Below are positions 8,819-18,245 of a stretch of 44,935 nucleotides of DNA, piece after piece. Origin of the DNA: Salegentibacter sp. (GTDB lineage Bacteria > Bacteroidota > Bacteroidia > Flavobacteriales > Flavobacteriaceae). Location of the stretch: assembly GCA_035468275.1 (NCBI GenBank), contig DATISX010000096.1, positions 1 through 44,935 on the forward strand. Direction: 5' to 3'. Under the pieces are notes generated by a model that was given only the letters and a program-made list of their open reading frames with translations, was not told where the DNA came from and searched no databases. Position 1 is the first letter of the stretch, and every line of letters starts with the position of its first letter. The translations under genes and the position numbers were made by a program.

Positions 8819-9376
8819 ATGGAATGGATTTTTGAACCTTGGCCCTGGTATGTTGCGGGTCCGCTAATCGCGTTAATAATGTTTATCTTAATCTTTGTAG
8901 GTAGGGAATTCGGTATGTCTTCTAACCTAAGAACCATGTGTTCCATGTGTGGAGCGGGAGAGAAAGTTGAATTCTTTAAATTTGATTGGAAATCCCAACG
9001 CTGGAACCTGATGGTAGTTCTTGGTGCAATTATCGGTGGTTTTATTGGTGCCAATCTACTTACTGAAGATCCTGCTGTAGCGATAAATCCTGATACTATT
9101 GCCATCCTTGAAGATCTTGGATTTGATAGTGCCGGTGAAGCTTACCTTCCTACTGAACTTTATAGCTGGGAAGCAATGGGCGGAATTAAAGCCCTGGTAA
9201 TTTTACTTATTGGTGGAATTCTAATTGGTTTTGGAGCCCGTTATGGGGGAGGTTGTACCTCAGGCCACGCGATCTCAGGTCTTAGTAACTTGCAGTTGCC
9301 GTCGCTTATCGCCGTTATCGGTTTCTTTGTAGGTGGCTTGATTATGATTCACCTGTTATTTCCATTAATCTTTTAA
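8819..9376 (+). CDS. YeeE/YedE family sulfur-compound transporter component
   Basis: GILIGFGARYGGGCTSGHAISG signature with conserved Cys; multiple TM helices. Confidence 0.9.
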   Translation: MEWIFEPWPWYVAGPLIALIMFILIFVGREFGMSSNLRTMCSMCGAGEKVEFFKFDWKSQRWNLMVVLGAIIGGFIGANLLTEDPAVAINPDTIAILEDLGFDSAGEAYLPTELYSWEAMGGIKALVILLIGGILIGFGARYGGGCTSGHAISGLSNLQLPSLIAVIGFFVGGLIMIHLLFPLIF

Positions 9377-9385
9377 AATTAGAAT

Positions 9386-9799
9386 ATGAGATCAATTATA
9401 TATTTACTTATAGGAATATTTTTCGGAATTGTAATGTTTAAGTCTGAAGCCGCTTCCTGGTTTAGGATTTACGAGATGTTCCAGTTCCAGTCTTTCCACA
9501 TGTACGGAATAATCGGTTCAGCCTTAATTTTGGGAGTTATTGGCATACAGATTATCAAAAGGAATAACCTGAAATCCATAGACGGGGAACCTATAAAATT
9601 TACCGATAAGGAAAAAAGTTTTAGTCGTTACGCTTATGGCGGACTTGCTTTCGGACTTGGGTGGGCGCTTGCAGGTGCATGCCCCGGCCCGATTTTCACC
9701 CTTGTTGGTGCTGGATATCTACCGATTTTAGTAGTATTTGTGGGAGCCCTTATTGGAACCTATATTTATGGAGTATTGAGAGATAAACTACCTCATTAA
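9386..9799 (+). CDS. YeeE/YedE family partner subunit (DUF6691-like)
   Basis: FGLGWALAGACPGP signature; four TM helices. Confidence 0.88.
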   Translation: MRSIIYLLIGIFFGIVMFKSEAASWFRIYEMFQFQSFHMYGIIGSALILGVIGIQIIKRNNLKSIDGEPIKFTDKEKSFSRYAYGGLAFGLGWALAGACPGPIFTLVGAGYLPILVVFVGALIGTYIYGVLRDKLPH

Positions 9800-9815
9800 A
9801 AGTGAAAGATTATTA

Positions 9816-9846
9816 AAGATCCCGCCAATATCGGTGGGATTTTTTG
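9816..9846. terminator. Intrinsic terminator between convergent genes
   Basis: Stem ATCCCGCC/GGTGGGAT (one G-U pair) followed by a T-run. Confidence 0.7.
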
Positions 9847-9847
9847 T

Positions 9848-10480
9848 TTATTGGTTTTTACGTTCTTCTGAAATATAATAATAAGGAAGGGAGATGTGGA
9901 ATTTTACGACTGCAAGCCTGATCCCAATTATTATAAGGGCAGTGGTAATATAGATCACATCCAGGTGTGCTCCCAGGGAATGCATGATCACAAAAACAAG
10001 TCCGCCCACAATACAGGCAGTGGCATAGATCTCTTTCCTGAAGATTACGGGAATTTCATTACAAAGTATATCCCGAAGCACGCCCCCAAAGGTTCCAGTC
10101 ATGGCACCAAGAGCAATGGAAATAATAGGATCGAGCCCGCTCCTTATTCCTATCTCCACTCCGGTAATGGTGAAAACACCCAGGCCGATGGTATCGAAAA
10201 GAAAAAGGGATTTTTTAAGGTAATTGATTTTATTTCTGAAGATTATAGCTAAGACAGTAACTACCCCAATAAGGTAGATGTAAATAGTATTCTGCATCCA
10301 GTTCACCGGGGTATCACCAATTAGGATATCTCTCAGGGTTCCCCCACCACTGGCGGTTACAAAGGCAATGATGAAAATCCCGAAGAGATCAAGACGCCGG
10401 TCCATAGCGGCCAGCGCTCCTGAAATCGCGAATGCGATGGTCCCGAGGATGTCAAGAATATTGAAAATGCTTAGTTCCAT
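9848..10480 (-). CDS. TRIC channel family (UPF0126/YadS-like) membrane protein
   Basis: Duplicated motifs FAISGA...GGGTLRDIL and DTIGLG...GGVLRDIL. Confidence 0.9.
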   Translation of the reverse strand: MELSIFNILDILGTIAFAISGALAAMDRRLDLFGIFIIAFVTASGGGTLRDILIGDTPVNWMQNTIYIYLIGVVTVLAIIFRNKINYLKKSLFLFDTIGLGVFTITGVEIGIRSGLDPIISIALGAMTGTFGGVLRDILCNEIPVIFRKEIYATACIVGGLVFVIMHSLGAHLDVIYITTALIIIGIRLAVVKFHISLPYYYISEERKNQ

Positions 10481-10485
10481 TGGGG

Positions 10486-10493
10486 CAAAGTTA
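10486..10493 (-). promoter_or_regulatory. -7 promoter box (TAACTTTG) for the TRIC gene
   Basis: Exact TAnnTTTG, 5 nt upstream of ATG 10480. Confidence 0.6.
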
Positions 10494-10653
10494 TGTTTTT
10501 AAAGGAAGCTTGAACAATAAATTTTGAGAAGCAGTTTAATTTTTAGAATTTTAAAACTTCCGCATTTTAGGTGAATAGTGAAACTTAATCAATAAAAAAG
10601 TAAGGTTTTAATTAAAGTTACTACCTTTATATTATCAATAAATTGTAAGAAAA

Positions 10654-11646
10654 ATGAGTGATAAAATAGAAAGAATAAAATGTCTTATTATAGGTTCAGG
10701 GCCTGCTGGTTATACTGCAGCAATTTATGCCGCCCGAGCTGATCTTCATCCTGTAATGTACACCGGGATGGAACCAGGTGGTCAATTGACCACTACTACA
10801 GAAGTTGATAACTTTCCAGGTTATCCCGATGGAGTAGATGGGCCACAAATGATGGTAGACCTTCAAAAACAAGCCGAACGTTTTGGAACTCAAGTGAGAA
10901 TAGGAATGGTAACCGAAGTAGAATTTAGCGATAAAGCTGGGGGTATTCACCGCGCCTGTGTAGATAATGCTACCTGGGTGGAAGCTGAAACTGTCATTAT
11001 CTCAACCGGTGCAACCGCTAAATATCTTGGCTTGCCCAGTGAACAAAAACTGCGTGGAGGTGGGGTTTCTGCCTGCGCCGTTTGCGATGGATTCTTTTAT
11101 AAAGGTCAGGATGTTGCTATAGTCGGAGGTGGAGATACAGCTGCTGAAGAAGCGACCTACCTTGCCAATATCTGTAATAAAGTAACCATGTTGGTTAGAG
11201 GAGATCAGATGCGTGCCTCAAAGGCGATGCAACACCGCGTTACCAGCACAAAGAATATAGATCTTCGTTACCACACCCAGGTAGATGAAGTTTTAGGAGA
11301 TCAGGTGGTGGAAGGCCTAAGAATGCTGAATAATCAAACCGGCGAAAAAGAAGAGATCAAGATCACCGGATTGTTTATCGCAATTGGGCATAAACCAAAT
11401 ACCGATATCTTTAAAGGAAAACTTGATATGGATGAGGTTGGCTATTTAATTACTAAAGCCAAATCCACCAAAACCAATATTCCCGGAGTTTTTGCTTCAG
11501 GAGATGTTCAGGATAAGATCTACCGCCAGGCGGTAACAGCAGCGGGAACCGGTTGTATGGCCGCCCTTGATGCCGAGCGTTATCTCGCTGAAGTAGAAAG
11601 CGAAGAAGATGAGGAAGTGAAAACAGTTAAAAGAGTGGAAGTTTAA
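10654..11646 (+). CDS. trxB: Thioredoxin-disulfide reductase
   Basis: IIGSGPAG, CAVCDG redox motif, GGGDTAAEEA and GVFASGD. Confidence 0.95.
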   Translation: MSDKIERIKCLIIGSGPAGYTAAIYAARADLHPVMYTGMEPGGQLTTTTEVDNFPGYPDGVDGPQMMVDLQKQAERFGTQVRIGMVTEVEFSDKAGGIHRACVDNATWVEAETVIISTGATAKYLGLPSEQKLRGGGVSACAVCDGFFYKGQDVAIVGGGDTAAEEATYLANICNKVTMLVRGDQMRASKAMQHRVTSTKNIDLRYHTQVDEVLGDQVVEGLRMLNNQTGEKEEIKITGLFIAIGHKPNTDIFKGKLDMDEVGYLITKAKSTKTNIPGVFASGDVQDKIYRQAVTAAGTGCMAALDAERYLAEVESEEDEEVKTVKRVEV

Positions 11647-11668
11647 AATTCAGTAATATTAATAATAG

Positions 11669-11703
11669 AAAAAGCTTCGGAAGTTAAATTCCGAAGCTTT
11701 TTT
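11669..11703. terminator. Bidirectional intrinsic terminator
   Basis: AAAAAGCTTCGGAA-gttaaa-TTCCGAAGCTTTTT between convergent genes. Confidence 0.85.
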
Positions 11704-11716
11704 GTTTACAAATAAT

Positions 11717-12685
11717 CTAGTATTCCAGTTGAATCTCTTCCCTAACTTTGTCCAGCAAGTCTATAAGTTGAAGACTTTTTGCAAAGGTCATTTTATCGCT
11801 TTCGGTGCGACCCTGCCTGAGCATCTTCTGAACATGGGCGGCTTCGAAATTGTAGCCGTTCGTTTGAACGCCAAATTCCCTGGTTATTTCCCCTTCAGAA
11901 CTAATTATAGTGAGACTGGAAGGTTCGTGAAAACGGGTGTTTACAATAATCCTTGCTTTTTCAAACTCTATTTCTGCTGTAGTAGGCGTGTTATTGATCA
12001 CGGTACTATGTAATTGGGCTGTTACCTTGTTGGGATATTCAAAAATAATATCGCATTCCTCATCTACTTCTGTCTTGCCTATACTAGCTTTAGCTGATAG
12101 TTTTTGCGGCTCACCCAAAAGACTCAGGGCCATAAAAACAGGGTAGATCCCTATATCCAAAAGACTTCCTCCACCCAGGGTTTTATTGAATAGCCTGCCG
12201 CTTTCATCAAATTCAGCTTCAAAACCAAAATCAGCCTTGACACTTTTTATCTTCCCATACTTTTCGGATTTTACGATCTCTATTAAAGCTTCAAAATGTG
12301 GGAGAAATTGGGTCCACATGGCTTCCATCAGGAATACTTTTTCCTTTTTGGCAACAGCGATCATTTCCTCCACCTGGCTCTTATTCATAGCAAATGGTTT
12401 TTCACAGAGAACCGCTTTTTTATAACTTAAGGACAGTAAAGTATTTCCGTGATGAAAAACGTGCGGGGTAGCGATGTAAACTACATCAACGTCACTATCC
12501 TTTAGCATTTCTTCATAAGATCCATAAGCTACTTTAGCGCCGTGCTCCTTTGCGAAATTTTCAGCTTTACTTAGGCTTCTGCTGGCAACGGCATAAAGCT
12601 CCGCATCTTTTACAGCTTTTAATCCGGTGCAGAATTTTCCGGCGATCTTTCCGAGGCCAATAACACCCCATCTGGTTTTACTCAT
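11717..12685 (-). CDS. Gfo/Idh/MocA family oxidoreductase
   Basis: GVIGLGKIA, VYIATPH, VLCEKP and GGGSLLDIGIY. Confidence 0.9.
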   Translation of the reverse strand: MSKTRWGVIGLGKIAGKFCTGLKAVKDAELYAVASRSLSKAENFAKEHGAKVAYGSYEEMLKDSDVDVVYIATPHVFHHGNTLLSLSYKKAVLCEKPFAMNKSQVEEMIAVAKKEKVFLMEAMWTQFLPHFEALIEIVKSEKYGKIKSVKADFGFEAEFDESGRLFNKTLGGGSLLDIGIYPVFMALSLLGEPQKLSAKASIGKTEVDEECDIIFEYPNKVTAQLHSTVINNTPTTAEIEFEKARIIVNTRFHEPSSLTIISSEGEITREFGVQTNGYNFEAAHVQKMLRQGRTESDKMTFAKSLQLIDLLDKVREEIQLEY

Positions 12686-14384
12686 TGCTGCTGGTTTTTC
12701 TAATTGGTGTTTTGATGAATATTTCTAGAATTAGTGCAATCCCCATTACCAGAAGGCAGCCTACCAGGTTTAGCCATAAATAAGGCATAACCTCCAAAAA
12801 ATAAAGCGCTATTATAACAATTTGGGTAATGATTGCTGCGATAAAAACAGAATTGCTCCTTACCGTTTTTACAAAAAAGGCCAGCAGGAATATCCCGAGC
12901 ACATTTCCGTAGAAAATAGAACCAATGATGTTTACCAGTTGAATTAGATTATCAAATAAACTGGCAAGGCTAGCGAAAGTTATCGCGATAAGTCCCCAAA
13001 GTAAAGTAAACCATTTCGAGGCATTTAGAAAATGCATATCAGAGCGGTCGGCTTTTATTCCACGGCGATAGAGGTCGATTACCGTTGTAGAGGCAAGGGC
13101 ATTGAGTTCTGAAGCCGTAGAAGACATCGCTGCTGAAAGGATAACCGCCAGTAAAAGTCCGATCAAGCCTCTCGGCAGGTTATTCAGAATAAAATGTATA
13201 AACACATAATCCTTGTCGTTGGTTTCGGCCTCTTTATCTCCTGCTTGTATAAATTCCCGACCTAATTCCCGCGCATTAGCTTCAGCAAGATTCAGGTTGA
13301 CTATTGTTTCTTTCAGTCTTGTTTTTTCTGCAGAGGAAAGCTCTTGTGATTCCCCGAATTGCAGACTGAGTTGTTGTTTCTCTTCCTGGATTTTATTGTA
13401 ATTAGCCTCCAGCTCTGTATACTCTTCAGAATATTCTGATTCCATAACACTTTGTGTAGCTGCCGGATTGAAATTTAAAGGCGCTGTGTTGAATTGATAG
13501 AACACAAAAACCATAACGCCCACCAAAAGAATAAAGAACTGCATAGGCACCTTTAAAAAGCCGTTCATGATCATCCCCATCTGACTTTCTCTTAGTGATC
13601 TTCCGCTTAGATAACGCTGCACCTGACTTTGATCTGTTCCGAAATAGGAGAGGGCCAGGAAAGTTCCGCCAATTACTCCCGTCCAGACTGTATAGCGGTT
13701 CTCAAGGTCAAAGGAGAAATCAAGCACCTCCATCTTCCCGCTGGCGCCGGCGATCTCCAGGGCATTGCTGAAATTAATGTCTTCCGGCAGGTAATTCAGG
13801 ATGATTAGAAAAGTAGCGATCATGCCTATAAAGATCACCGCCATTTGTTGTTTTTGCGTAACGTTTACAGCCTTGGTTCCCCCTGAAACCGTATAAATAA
13901 TCACCAAAACCCCAATTAGAATTGTTAGTCCGTTTAGGTTCCAGCCTAAAACAGCTGAAAGGATAATGGCCGGGGCGAAGATGGTAATTCCCGCTGCCAG
14001 GCCTCGTTGGATCAAAAATAGTAGGGCGGTTAGTGTCCTGGTTTTTCGGTCGAAACGGGTTTCCAGGTACTCGTAGGCGGTATAAACTTTTAAGCGATGA
14101 TAAATTGGAATGAATACCAGGCAAATAATCACCATTGCTATAGGTAATCCAAAATAGAACTGCACAAAGCCCATTCCGTCATGGAAAGCCTGGCCGGGAG
14201 TTGAAAGAAAAGTAATTGCACTCGCCTGGGTAGCCATTACCGAAAGGCCCACGGTCCACCATTGCGCCTCATTACCTCCGCGAATATAATCCTGAACATT
14301 CTTACTGCCACGTGATTTATAAACCCCGTAAATAACTATAAATGCGAGCGTGCCGGAAAGAACTATCCAATCTATAATTTCCAT
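12678..14384 (-). CDS. Sodium:solute symporter (SSS family)
   Basis: Many TM helices with ATQASAITF, YEYLE.RF, DQSQVQRY and SAAMSS motifs. Confidence 0.92.
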   Translation of the reverse strand: MEIIDWIVLSGTLAFIVIYGVYKSRGSKNVQDYIRGGNEAQWWTVGLSVMATQASAITFLSTPGQAFHDGMGFVQFYFGLPIAMVIICLVFIPIYHRLKVYTAYEYLETRFDRKTRTLTALLFLIQRGLAAGITIFAPAIILSAVLGWNLNGLTILIGVLVIIYTVSGGTKAVNVTQKQQMAVIFIGMIATFLIILNYLPEDINFSNALEIAGASGKMEVLDFSFDLENRYTVWTGVIGGTFLALSYFGTDQSQVQRYLSGRSLRESQMGMIMNGFLKVPMQFFILLVGVMVFVFYQFNTAPLNFNPAATQSVMESEYSEEYTELEANYNKIQEEKQQLSLQFGESQELSSAEKTRLKETIVNLNLAEANARELGREFIQAGDKEAETNDKDYVFIHFILNNLPRGLIGLLLAVILSAAMSSTASELNALASTTVIDLYRRGIKADRSDMHFLNASKWFTLLWGLIAITFASLASLFDNLIQLVNIIGSIFYGNVLGIFLLAFFVKTVRSNSVFIAAIITQIVIIALYFLEVMPYLWLNLVGCLLVMGIALILEIFIKTPIRKTSSNE

Positions 14385-14385
14385 A

Positions 14386-14493
14386 TCAGGAGAAGGTCTT
14401 CATTATAAAATAAAACAGGATGATGTAAATAGCATTAATAATCAATACTAAGGTGTAAGACTTTTTCCAGATATATTTTTCGGGTCTATTCAT
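14386..14493 (-). CDS. 35-aa single-TM microprotein, putative SSS accessory subunit
   Basis: Manual translation gives MNRPEKYIWKKSYTLVLIINAIYIILFYFIMKTFS. ATGA overlap with the upstream stop and a 1-nt gap to the SSS start. Confidence 0.75.
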   Translation of the reverse strand: MNRPEKYIWKKSYTLVLIINAIYIILFYFIMKTFS

Positions 14494-16976
14494 TCTTTTC
14501 CTATTGAGACCATATTGGCAAAAAGCCGATAAGCTCCGGGAACGCCTTCAGGAAACTGCCTGAAAAAGCTTAACCCGGTATAAATAAAATAGCCTTCCCC
14601 ATACTTCGCAACCAATAAACTACCCTGTTTAGGCTCCTCTCCTTCATCGTGCATGGAAAATACTGGCTTGAATTCCTCACTCCATTCATCGGGGAAATAA
14701 AGTCCGCGTTCCTGGATCCAGTTTTCAAAATCTTTGGAAGTGATCTTATTGGGAGTATTTAATATTGGATGATTTTCATCAAGAAAGTCAACTTCAGCTT
14801 TTTCATCGGTTACTCTGTTCCGGGAAAGTTGAAGCGGGTAAGGGGCGGGATTGTCTATCAGCATCCCGCGACTAGTATTATACTGCACGATAAGATTTCC
14901 GCCATTCCTGACGTATTCCAGGAGGTGCTTTTGGGCGTATTTAAGTTCGTCCACCACATTATAAGCCCTGATTCCGGTTACTACCGCATCAAATTTGCTA
15001 AGGGATGTTGAAGAGATTTCTGCAGGATCAACCTGGTCTACGCGATATCCAATCTGCTCCAGGCTTTGAGGTACAGCATCTCCGGCTCCGGCGATGTATC
15101 CTATATATTCTCCTTTCTTCTGAATTTCAATTCGCACCGCTTTCAAATTAGCCGGCATAACCAGATTCTGTAGCGGAATGTGCTTGTAGTCTATCTGAAT
15201 TAATTCATCAGTATATTCTTTTTCTCCAATTTTCGCCACAGGTTTAATGAAAGTTTCATCCTGATCATCGGGAGGAATGATCTCGAAAGTGAGGATTGCC
15301 GTACCTCCCTTTTGATTTATTCTGAAATCAGCCGATTCAGGCAATGTTTTCCAATTCTTCCCTGATTCGAGTTTCAGGCTACCTTTCAGGTTATCTCTTC
15401 CAGCCTTGATTACCACTGAAATTGATCGTGGCTCGTCATTCTCAAAGATCTCCACATTTTTTTCAAAGGAAACAGAAACTTCCGGAATGATCATGAAAGG
15501 ACGATAGGTTTCTCCTACTACTGCGTCATTATACTTATATATAACAGGCTTGGTAAACGCTATTTCAGTTCCGTTGAAATTCATTTTGAAATTAGCCTGA
15601 GTTGCAACCGGAGATTCCGGTAGACCAATCATTTTGGGGTCTTCAACAAGGTACATTCCATTTGTTGCTTCCTTTTGAAGCCAATATGGGCTTGTATTTT
15701 TGATAGTTTCCGGAAGGTGGAAATCGAGTTCCGAGGTCCAGCTTTGATTGTCATCCAGATCTTGTTCTACCTCAAGCCGGGAATTATTAGGCCTTAGCTC
15801 TACTGAATTTAAGGTTATCGGATAGCTGCTTCGATTTATTGCTTCCAGGTCCAGCAAAACCTTTTCTCCGGCAGTAACTGAGGGAGTAGCGGCCACCGCT
15901 TCCAGGAAAAGTCCGGAGCAGGCTGCGATAATTTCTTTAATTTGATTTGTTTTAACTTCCTTCCAGTGCCCATCTTCCAATCCCTGAATAAGCTTGTAGG
16001 CTTCGATTAGTTCCGGAAGGCTCTGAGATGGATCTCTAAAATTGAAATTCGTTTCTACCTTTTCCAAAATCTCTCCAATTTTCCGGCCGCCTTCAATTCT
16101 GCTCCAACTGGTGTCAATTCCTTCAAAAACATCACTTTCAGGCATATCACCCTTAATGAGTTCCAAATATTCATTAGAAGTGCCTCTGGTGCCTGTACTT
16201 CCAAAACCCTGGGATTGATGCTGACTGCGGCTTAAAGCCGCGATTTCAGAATTTGAAAGTCCGAGTTCCGGGAAATAAACACCTACGTCTAAGGATAACA
16301 TGGCCGATTTATCGGCTTTTTCAAAAGCCTCTCTGCTTCCGTAGAACCAATGCGAGGTGTTAAAAAAAACTCGTTTTGGTTGAAAAGCAGCTGTGGAATT
16401 TAATTGTTCGGAATATGCAGTAGAATCTGCAGCGAGTTCAAAAGCTTCCAGGCTTAAAAGTGCCGAAGAAGTGTGATGACCGTGAGTACTACCGGGAGAG
16501 CGGTGGTCAAAACGATTGATGATTACATCGGGTTTAAATTTTCTTATGGCCAGCACCACATCGCCTAAAACTTTGTCTTTGTCCCAAATCTTCAAAGTCT
16601 CTTCGGGATTTTTAGAATAACCGAAATCTTTGGCTCGGGTGAAGATCTGTTCTCCGCCATCGATTTTTCTTGCTCCAAGCAGTTCCTGAGTACGAATAAG
16701 TCCTAATTGCTCCTGAAGTTCGGGGCCTATTAAGTTTTGGCCGCCATCTCCCCGGGTTAAAGAAAGGTAAGCAACCCGGGCTTTCTTCTTGTTTGCGAAA
16801 TAAGAGATAAGCTGGGTATTTTCATCATCGGGATGGGCACCAACATATAGAACCGAACCGAGGAAGTTCAGTTTTTTAATCTCCTGGTGTATTTCTGAAG
16901 CATTTAATTTTTCCGGGGATTGGGCCTGGGTGAATCCGAGAACGAAAAATAAAAGAACACTAAAGATTTTTGGCAT
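14490..16976 (-). CDS. Exported PIG-L/LmbE family deacetylase with C-terminal beta-sandwich and glutamine-amidotransferase-like domains
   Basis: Signal peptide from MPKIFSV (start 16976); AHPDDE, TRGDGGQN, R..EL..A and HGHH zinc motifs. Confidence 0.88.
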   Translation of the reverse strand: MPKIFSVLLFFVLGFTQAQSPEKLNASEIHQEIKKLNFLGSVLYVGAHPDDENTQLISYFANKKKARVAYLSLTRGDGGQNLIGPELQEQLGLIRTQELLGARKIDGGEQIFTRAKDFGYSKNPEETLKIWDKDKVLGDVVLAIRKFKPDVIINRFDHRSPGSTHGHHTSSALLSLEAFELAADSTAYSEQLNSTAAFQPKRVFFNTSHWFYGSREAFEKADKSAMLSLDVGVYFPELGLSNSEIAALSRSQHQSQGFGSTGTRGTSNEYLELIKGDMPESDVFEGIDTSWSRIEGGRKIGEILEKVETNFNFRDPSQSLPELIEAYKLIQGLEDGHWKEVKTNQIKEIIAACSGLFLEAVAATPSVTAGEKVLLDLEAINRSSYPITLNSVELRPNNSRLEVEQDLDDNQSWTSELDFHLPETIKNTSPYWLQKEATNGMYLVEDPKMIGLPESPVATQANFKMNFNGTEIAFTKPVIYKYNDAVVGETYRPFMIIPEVSVSFEKNVEIFENDEPRSISVVIKAGRDNLKGSLKLESGKNWKTLPESADFRINQKGGTAILTFEIIPPDDQDETFIKPVAKIGEKEYTDELIQIDYKHIPLQNLVMPANLKAVRIEIQKKGEYIGYIAGAGDAVPQSLEQIGYRVDQVDPAEISSTSLSKFDAVVTGIRAYNVVDELKYAQKHLLEYVRNGGNLIVQYNTSRGMLIDNPAPYPLQLSRNRVTDEKAEVDFLDENHPILNTPNKITSKDFENWIQERGLYFPDEWSEEFKPVFSMHDEGEEPKQGSLLVAKYGEGYFIYTGLSFFRQFPEGVPGAYRLFANMVSIGKE

Positions 16977-17000
16977 GAAGTATAAAATTATGGTCTTCCT

Positions 17001-17008
17001 CAAATATA
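17001..17008 (-). promoter_or_regulatory. -7 promoter box (TATATTTG) for the PIG-L/SSS operon
   Basis: Exact TAnnTTTG, 24 nt upstream of ATG 16976. Supports the shorter start. Confidence 0.55.
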
Positions 17009-17051
17009 ATAACTTTCAGGGGTAATGAAAGCGGAGTGGGAGCTTTAACTT

Positions 17052-17591
17052 TTAAAGTGCATCTTTACCTTCATCATTGTAAACTTCTTTTTCAACAAGG
17101 GAGACTGCTTTTTGAAGGATTAAGTTGTTTGGATAAGTGATTAACTCTCCTTCCAGAGTCCTTAAATGCAGATGAAAAGCCCTTATATCTTCAATAATAG
17201 CTTCAATAGGCATGTCTTTATCGTGGATCTTTATTTTATCGCCTATTTTATACGGAAAACTAAAGAACAGAATGATTCCGGAAGTTATATTGCTGAGAAT
17301 AGACCAAACAGCAAATAAAGCCACTCCCAGCACAGCAAAAACTGAAGAAAATACCAAAGACAGTTCAGCGATACCAACACCCCATGCCAGGGAAAGCAAA
17401 AACGCAGCAATTAATAAAATAAGAATATTAATGTATTGAAACATTAACCGGGTGCGGGTTATGTGCATTTCTGCTCTTTGACCCACCCGATTTGCCGATT
17501 TCCTAAGGATTAGCTGTATAATAAGGAGAATTATAAGCGTTACAACCGTATAGACAATTTCGTTTCGGTATGAACTAAAGATATCGTACAT
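17052..17591 (-). CDS. Small MscS-family mechanosensitive channel protein
   Basis: Three TM helices then LSNITSGIILFFSFPYKIGDKI and YPNN. Confidence 0.85.
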   Translation of the reverse strand: MYDIFSSYRNEIVYTVVTLIILLIIQLILRKSANRVGQRAEMHITRTRLMFQYINILILLIAAFLLSLAWGVGIAELSLVFSSVFAVLGVALFAVWSILSNITSGIILFFSFPYKIGDKIKIHDKDMPIEAIIEDIRAFHLHLRTLEGELITYPNNLILQKAVSLVEKEVYNDEGKDAL

Positions 17592-17651
17592 TATTTAAGT
17601 AAATATTTAGGTGATTTCATTTAAAGTATAATAAATCAGGTAATTGTAATT

Positions 17652-18242
17652 TTACATTCGTCCAATATCGAGAAGGCTGTCATAAACCAAATGCGTTGGG
17701 AGACCAACAACATTAAAATAGCTTCCTTCAATATTCGTAATTCCAATCAGGCCAATCCATTCCTGGATGGCATAACCTCCGGCTTTATCAAAAGGTTTAA
17801 AATTTTCTACGTAATAATCTATTTCGCCTTGAGTAAGTTCTTTAAATGTCACCTTGGTTTTTGCATTTAATGTGCGTTGAATTTTAGAAGTGGTAAAGCA
17901 AACCGAGGTGATCACCTCGTGGGAATGCCCTGAGAGAGCATTTAGCATAGCTTTTGCCTCTTCTACACTTTCGGGTTTTCCAAGGGCATGGCCTTTATGG
18001 CAAACAATGGTGTCACTGGTAATCAGGATCTGGTTAGGCTTTAATTCCTTCTGAAAAGCTTCTGCTTTAAGTTCTGCAAGAAAATTGGTTATCTCTTCAT
18101 TTTCCAGAGATGGAGGGTAAACTTCCTTAACGGGACGAACATCGGTGGTAAAAGGAATTTCCAATTCCCTAAAAAATTGTTGTCTCCTCGGGGATCCTGA
18201 AGCCAGGATAATCTCTTTGTCTTTTAGAAAATCTTTCAGCAT
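17652..18242 (-). CDS. maf: Maf family nucleoside triphosphate pyrophosphatase
   Basis: IILASGSPRR, SDTIV, LGKP, DKAGGY and NVVGLP. Confidence 0.92.
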   Translation of the reverse strand: MLKDFLKDKEIILASGSPRRQQFFRELEIPFTTDVRPVKEVYPPSLENEEITNFLAELKAEAFQKELKPNQILITSDTIVCHKGHALGKPESVEEAKAMLNALSGHSHEVITSVCFTTSKIQRTLNAKTKVTFKELTQGEIDYYVENFKPFDKAGGYAIQEWIGLIGITNIEGSYFNVVGLPTHLVYDSLLDIGRM

Positions 18243-18245
18243 AAT

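Noticed and set aside
4021-11646. Apparent sulfur cluster (iscS, YeeE/YedE pair, trxB)
   Set aside because: The genes are separated by unrelated genes, terminators and strand switches. There is no evidence of a single system.
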